In this document: piece by piece, positions 57,875-64,000 of the stretch | Layout of the letters: each line of letters starts with the position of its first letter | Numbering within the stretch: position 1 is the stretch's first letter | Assembly: GCA_025449535.1 (NCBI GenBank) | Contig: JANWJF010000001.1 | Span: forward strand, 421,136 to 485,135 | From: Candidatus Saccharimonadia bacterium | GTDB taxonomy: Bacteria; Patescibacteriota; SICC01 | Reading direction: 5' to 3' | Length of the DNA: 64,000 nucleotides | The notes under the pieces: model-generated | What the model was told of the DNA's origin: nothing | Database searches by the model: none | Seen by the model: only the letters and a program-made list of their open reading frames with translations | Made by a program: the position numbers and the translations under genes

Positions 57875-58615
57875 ATGGCGCTCTTGGTGCTGTCGTTCCT
57901 GGCTGGTGTCCTGACGGTCGCCGCGCCGTGCGTGCTGCCGCTGCTACCGGTGATCGTCGGCGGCTCGGTGGTCGACCCTTCCGGCCGGCGGAAGGATCCC
58001 GATTGGAGGCGGCCGTTGGTGATCGCGGCCAGCCTGGCCGTCTCGATCGTCCTCTTCACGTTGCTGCTCAAGGCGACGACGGGACTGCTCGGCGTGCCGC
58101 AGCAGGTCTGGAGCACGGTCTCCGGCACGATCGTCGTGCTCCTCGGCAGCTACTTTCTGTACCCGGAAGGCTGGGACCGGATCAGTACCCGCTTGAACCT
58201 CTCCGGCCGTACCGGACAAGCGCTCCGGGAGTCGCAGCGGCGCGGCGGCCTGCACGGCGAGGTCCTGCTCGGGGCGTCACTCGGACCAGTGTTCAACAGC
58301 TGCAGCCCGACCTACGCGCTGATCGTGGCGACGGTCCTGCCGGTGTCCTTCGCCGAAGGATTCGCGTACCTGGCTGCCTACGCGGTCGGATTGGCGGGGA
58401 CGCTGCTGCTGATCGCCTACGCCGGGCAAGGCCTGGTGAAGAAACTCGGCTGGGTGGCGGATCCGCGCGGCCGGTTCCGGAAGGTTATCGGCGTACTGTT
58501 CGTGCTCGTCGGGCTAGCGATCCTCTTCGGCCTGGACCGCGACCTGCAGACGTACATCCTCGAGCGGGGCTGGTACGATCCGATCGGCGAGTTCGAGCAG
58601 CGGCTGGGCATCTGA
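57875..58615 (+). CDS. ccdA: CcdA/DsbD-type transmembrane electron transporter
   Basis: AGVLT..APCVLPLLP and GPVFNSCSPT; six TMs; paired with thioredoxin. Confidence 0.88.
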   Translation: MALLVLSFLAGVLTVAAPCVLPLLPVIVGGSVVDPSGRRKDPDWRRPLVIAASLAVSIVLFTLLLKATTGLLGVPQQVWSTVSGTIVVLLGSYFLYPEGWDRISTRLNLSGRTGQALRESQRRGGLHGEVLLGASLGPVFNSCSPTYALIVATVLPVSFAEGFAYLAAYAVGLAGTLLLIAYAGQGLVKKLGWVADPRGRFRKVIGVLFVLVGLAILFGLDRDLQTYILERGWYDPIGEFEQRLGI

Positions 58616-58632
58616 CCGGGTAGGATGTAGGC

Positions 58633-59217
58633 ATGACCCGCATCTCCGACGAAGCGGTCGAGAAGGCCACCGGCAAGCGGCCCAAACAATGGTTCGCGCT
58701 GATCGACAAGGCCGGCGGCGCGGAGTTGGCGCATAAGGAGATCGCCCGCTACCTCTACGACGAGCAAGGCGTGGCCGGCTGGTGGGCGCAGATGATCACC
58801 GTGGAATACGAGCGGTCCCGCGGCAAGCGCGAGGTCGGCGAGACGGCGGACGTCGGGTTCGAGGTCGGCGTGCACAAGACCGTCGAGATATCCAAGGCGG
58901 CGGCCTGGAAGGCGGTCACCTCGACGAACTGGATGTCGCGCTGGCTCTACGCCACGCCCAGGCTGGTCGAAGGCCGGCCGTTCAACAACGAGAAGGTCGC
59001 CGGCGAGGTCCGGGTGGTGCAGCCGGGCGAGAAGATCCGCCTGGCCTGGAAACCGACCGGTTGGGAGCGCAGCTCGACCGTACAGATCCTGGTCCAGACC
59101 GCGCCCAGCGGGAAGACGCGTCTGGCGTTCCATCACGAGAAGCTGGCGGATGCGAAGATGCGCGAGCGGATGCGGGCGCATTGGAAAGCGGCGGCCACGG
59201 AGGTGCCGGGTGGCTGA
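58633..59217 (+). CDS. DUF4287-like plus SRPBCC domain protein
   Basis: AVEKATGK..WF.LID, WWAQMITVEYE; C-terminal AHSA1/SRPBCC-like fold. Confidence 0.7.
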   Translation: MTRISDEAVEKATGKRPKQWFALIDKAGGAELAHKEIARYLYDEQGVAGWWAQMITVEYERSRGKREVGETADVGFEVGVHKTVEISKAAAWKAVTSTNWMSRWLYATPRLVEGRPFNNEKVAGEVRVVQPGEKIRLAWKPTGWERSSTVQILVQTAPSGKTRLAFHHEKLADAKMRERMRAHWKAAATEVPGG

Positions 59218-59917
59218 GGTCGCCCCGCTCGAAGGGACGAAGGTCCCGCTGCTCCGTCGCCGGTCCGTCGCGAAGGACACCGTCGAGCTGACGTTCGACC
59301 GCTCCGGAGGACCGTTCGCATTCACGGCCGGCCAGTACGTCACGCTGGTCGCCGATTCGGCACTGGGCATCGATCCGCCGTCCGACCTGCGCGACCTCTC
59401 CATATCCTCGGCTCCGGACGCGCCCGGCGAACTGAGCGTCGCGTACCGAGAATCGGACAGCCCGGTGAAGCGTTGGCTCCGCGGCCTGACGCCAGGCACG
59501 GACGTAAAGCTGCGCGGACCGCTCGGTCACTTCACGCTGCCGGACGACGGCGCGCCTGTGGCGATGGTTGCCGGTGGCATCGGGGTGGCCCCGTTCCGCT
59601 CGATGCTGTTGGATTCGGCTACTGACCGCCAAACCGGCCTGTTCTGCTGGAACGTCAGCACCGAGCGGGTCCCGTACGCGGACGAATTGTCGCGGTTGAC
59701 CGCCGGACGCCGCCGGGACCTCAGCCTGCATGAGGGCTTGTTCGAGCCAGGGCCGCTCGCGTCGTGGCGGAATGCCCACCCTGGTTCACATTGGTACATC
59801 TCCGGTCCGTCGGAAATGGTCTGGAACGTGCTGGCGGCGCTCGAGCAGCTGGGCGTGCCCAAAGACCGCGTCCGGACGGAGGAATTCACCGGGTACGAGG
59901 ACCGGCCGGAAGGATGA
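59210..59917 (+). CDS. FAD/NAD(P)-binding ferredoxin-reductase-type oxidoreductase
   Basis: FTAGQY, R.LSISS, GPLG.F, AGGIGVAPFRSM, YISGP..MV, EEFTGY. Confidence 0.88.
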   Translation: MAEVAPLEGTKVPLLRRRSVAKDTVELTFDRSGGPFAFTAGQYVTLVADSALGIDPPSDLRDLSISSAPDAPGELSVAYRESDSPVKRWLRGLTPGTDVKLRGPLGHFTLPDDGAPVAMVAGGIGVAPFRSMLLDSATDRQTGLFCWNVSTERVPYADELSRLTAGRRRDLSLHEGLFEPGPLASWRNAHPGSHWYISGPSEMVWNVLAALEQLGVPKDRVRTEEFTGYEDRPEG

Positions 59918-59919
59918 TT

Positions 59920-60006
59920 GTCATTCCCGCGGAGGCGGGAATGGAGTGCTTGCGCCCGAGCGTTGCATCTTGATTGGATGACCCTCCGCTTTCGCGGAGG
60001 ATGACG
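59920..60006. repeat. CGTC-type REP-like palindrome doublet
   Basis: GTCATTCCCGCGGAGGCGGGAAT and, inverted, CGTCATCCTCCGCGAAAGCGGAGG. Confidence 0.7.
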
Positions 60007-60083
60007 GAAGTAAGGCAGACTGAGTAGGCAAAAATCCGTATACTGATGACAAATACCCAAATCCGCGGGTATTTTTATTTGTC

Positions 60084-60515
60084 ATGGCAACGAAGCAAAA
60101 AATCCATGCCCCACACGTCGATCGGCCTGGCCGTGTCGTCACGGAAACCGGTAGCTGGCCGGAGGCTACCGAGCATCGTGACCGTCTGCTCAGGCTAAAG
60201 GACTTTTATACGGACGAAGAGCTGGCGGGGATGCTCGGCTGCGAGGTCGAGAAAGTGGAGCGATGGCCCGGCGACTCACGAGGCAGGTCAGTCCATGACA
60301 ACTTGAATTTCTTGAACCACCTGGATGCGGCGGCGGCAGTGACTCGAGCCTTTGAGGGGCTACTGGATTCTGAGTGCACACGGGAGCTCGTGCTTCGGCC
60401 GCTGGAGCGACTCAATGGCCGATCATTGGCGGACATGGTCGGAGCACGAGATTGCTTCAAGGCCGGTGCGGAGGCGCAACGCATCGCCGAATCACTAAAA
60501 AGGAAACGATCGTGA
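60084..60515 (+). CDS. Xre/MbcA-like antitoxin-type protein (HTH plus DUF2384-like C-terminus)
   Basis: DEELAGMLGCEVEKVERW (HTH-like) and LRPLERLNGRSLADMV; GTGA overlap with dnaG. Confidence 0.5.
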   Translation: MATKQKIHAPHVDRPGRVVTETGSWPEATEHRDRLLRLKDFYTDEELAGMLGCEVEKVERWPGDSRGRSVHDNLNFLNHLDAAAAVTRAFEGLLDSECTRELVLRPLERLNGRSLADMVGARDCFKAGAEAQRIAESLKRKRS

Positions 60516-62267
60516 GCGATACCGAGGACATCAAGGCACGGCTCGACATCGCTCAGGTGATCGGCGAGACCGTCCAGCTGAAGAAGGCCGGACGGAACTT
60601 CAAGGGGCTCTGTCCGTTCCATAACGAGAAGACCCCGAGCTTCATGGTCAGTCCCGAGCGCGGGAGCTGGCACTGCTTCGGTTGCGACCAGGGCGGCGAC
60701 GTCTTCGACTTCGTGATGCAGCGCGAGCGAGTCGACTTCCCCGAGGCGCTCCGGATGCTGGCCCAGCGGGCCGGCGTGGAGCTGAAAGGATTCGACGCCA
60801 AGGCCGGCAAAGCCAAGCAGCGCCTGTTCGACGCCAACGAGGCCGCCGCGAAGTACTTCCAGGCGGCCCTGGCGCACAAGACCGGCAAGGTCGCCCGGGA
60901 CTACCTCAAGGAACGCGGCGTCTCCGCCGGCACCGCGGACACGTTCCGGGTGGGCTACGCGCCGGACGACTACGACGCGCTTGTGAACGCGCTCAAGAAG
61001 AAGGGGTTCTCCGACAAGGAGATCATCGACGCGGGCCTGGCCCTGGCGGGCAAGCGCGGCCCGTATGCGCGGTTCCGCGGACGCTTGATGATCCCGATCA
61101 CGGACGTGCAGGGCCTGACCCGCGGGTTCACCGGCCGGGTGCTCGCTGCCGACGGACAATCCGACGGGAGCCAAGACTCCCGCGTCCAGGCCAAGTACGT
61201 GAACACGCCGGAGACGCAGGTGTACCACAAGGGCAAGCTCGTATTCGCGCTCGACCTGGCCAAGGAGCCGATCATCAAGTCGGACGTGGCCGTGCTGGTC
61301 GAGGGACAGATGGACGTGATCTCGGCCCATCAGGCCGGGACCGAGAACGTGATCGCCGTCTCCGGGACCGCCCTAACCGAGGACCAGCTCCGGTTGGTCT
61401 CGCGGTACGCGGAAAGCCTGGTGCTGGCGCTGGACGCCGACGACGCCGGTCGGAAGGCGATGCTCCGGGCCGTCGAGCTGGTCGGTGACCGGGATCTTGA
61501 GCTGAAGGTCGCGGACCTGGGGGATGCCAAGGACCCGGACGAGCTCATCTCCAAGGATCCCACGGCCTGGAAACGGGCGATCGCCGACGCCCAGCCGGTG
61601 ATCGACTTCCTGATGAACGACGCGCTCGGCGAACACGAGGCGCCGTACGACCGGACCGCGATCCGGTCGGTGCTCGGCGCGGTCTTGCCCGCGCTCCGGC
61701 ACCGGTCCGGCGTGGACCAGGATTACTACGCCGACCAGCTGGCGAACGCCTTGGGTATCGAGACGACGTCCGTGAAGGAGCGGCTCAAGGGAGCGAAGGC
61801 CGTTTCCCCGGTCGGCCGCACGCCCGTCGAGGAAGTGGCGCAGGCCGCCGCCGAACGGAAGCAGGCCGAGGAACTGGTGGCCGAGCGGATGGTCGGTTTG
61901 GTCGCGAACACGCCCGCCCTCGGCGCGAAGCTGGAAGACATGAACCTCGCGATCTTCACCGGGGCCTACCGCCAGGCTGCGGAAGAGCTGGAAAGAAGGT
62001 ATACTAAGCGGACGAAAGGGAGTCCGTCGGACGAGGTCCGCGCACTCCTTGATGTGTGCGCCCTGGCGGCGGCCGAGTACGATCCGATGAACGAGGACGA
62101 ACGCGCCGCCGAATTCGACCGGCTGTATGTCCGGCTCAAGGCGCTCTGGGTCCGACGGTTCCAGCCCAAGCTGCGGGCCGCGATCAAGCGGGCCGAAGCG
62201 GCCGGCAAGACGGACCGGCGGGACGAACTGATGAAGGAATATCTCACCCTTACCAAGGAAATCGTGC

Positions 62268-62275
<8 letters not shown>
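60512..62275 (+). CDS. dnaG: DNA primase
   Basis: [15 protein letters not shown] zinc domain, [38 protein letters not shown] motif. Confidence 0.98.
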
Positions 62276-63638
<1,363 letters not shown>

Positions 63639-63658
63639 TCCTCGACGCGAGAGGTCAA

Positions 63659-63687
63659 TTGAACCGTTGGCTTAACGGTGCTATAAC
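63659..63687 (+). promoter_or_regulatory. Sigma70-type promoter
   Basis: TTGAAC-N17-TATAAC with TG extension. Confidence 0.55.
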
Positions 63688-63746
63688 TACCTGTTAACAA
63701 TCCGTCATTCAGTCCGCAATCACCGAACGAAGGAGGTTGATGCCGC

Positions 63747-64000
63747 ATGACGGCAACCACGGCTGCAAAGGAAGGCGAGCTCACAGGGAACGGTTCCCAG
63801 CTGGACCTTGTCCGGGCGATCCTCAATCCCCTTGAGACTTTCGAGGTGGATGTCCGAGGGCTAGAGCCCAAGCGGGTCGTTAAACTGAAGCTCAAGGTGC
63901 GAGGCGTCGTGCTGGTGGATGGAGGTTCGCAGCTAATCGGCGAGGATCTCAAAGGCACCGCGTATCTCATCTTCTGCAACGATTCGGAGAAACGCATCTG
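63747..64000 (+). CDS. Hypothetical protein, 5' part (runs off the window)
   Basis: SD AAGGAGG; frame MTATTAAKEGELTG... stays open to the window end. Confidence 0.55.
   Translation, partial: MTATTAAKEGELTGNGSQLDLVRAILNPLETFEVDVRGLEPKRVVKLKLKVRGVVLVDGGSQLIGEDLKGTAYLIFCNDSEKRI

Overview
GC-rich bacterial chromosomal window that contains the replication origin. Gene content (TrbC/VirB2-type pilin array with PrgI, VirB4 and VirB6-like genes next to oriC, several O-antigen-ligase-like genes, compact housekeeping set) points to Patescibacteria/CPR; this is an inference. Left to right: comF and a VanW protein; a ~17.5 kb surface-glycan cluster (5 GT4, 2 GT2, RmlA, Wzx, 3 Wzy_C/ligase-like, GT-C, 2 methyltransferases); jag-yidC-yidD-rnpA-rpmH / dnaA-oriC-dnaN-recF-dciA; a c-di-AMP receptor; a ~15.5 kb conjugation-like T4SS cluster with three predicted peptidoglycan hydrolases and four pilins; galU, two parS sites, rarA, hsp20, CIRCE-groES-groEL; an accessory region (50-57 kb) with orphan ORFs, a short pyk and tRNAs; trx-ccdA; dnaG-rpoD. 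Three signals stand out. (1) At 51.5-53.0 kb two tandem orphan genes are each enclosed by a boxA-like motif plus a ~27-30 bp long-range stem with a side hairpin, an rRNA-operon-like layout around protein-coding genes. (2) A family of at least five ~90-107 nt hairpins shares a (R)CGY-YCYGA...TCRG-CM-RCGY core, conserved bulges and a variable 32-34 nt loop; four occur as back-to-back pairs on either side of oriC. (3) A cassette holds two micro-ORFs, a D-armless tRNA-like element and an atypical tRNA with a UAU anticodon. All calls were made by eye without database searches.
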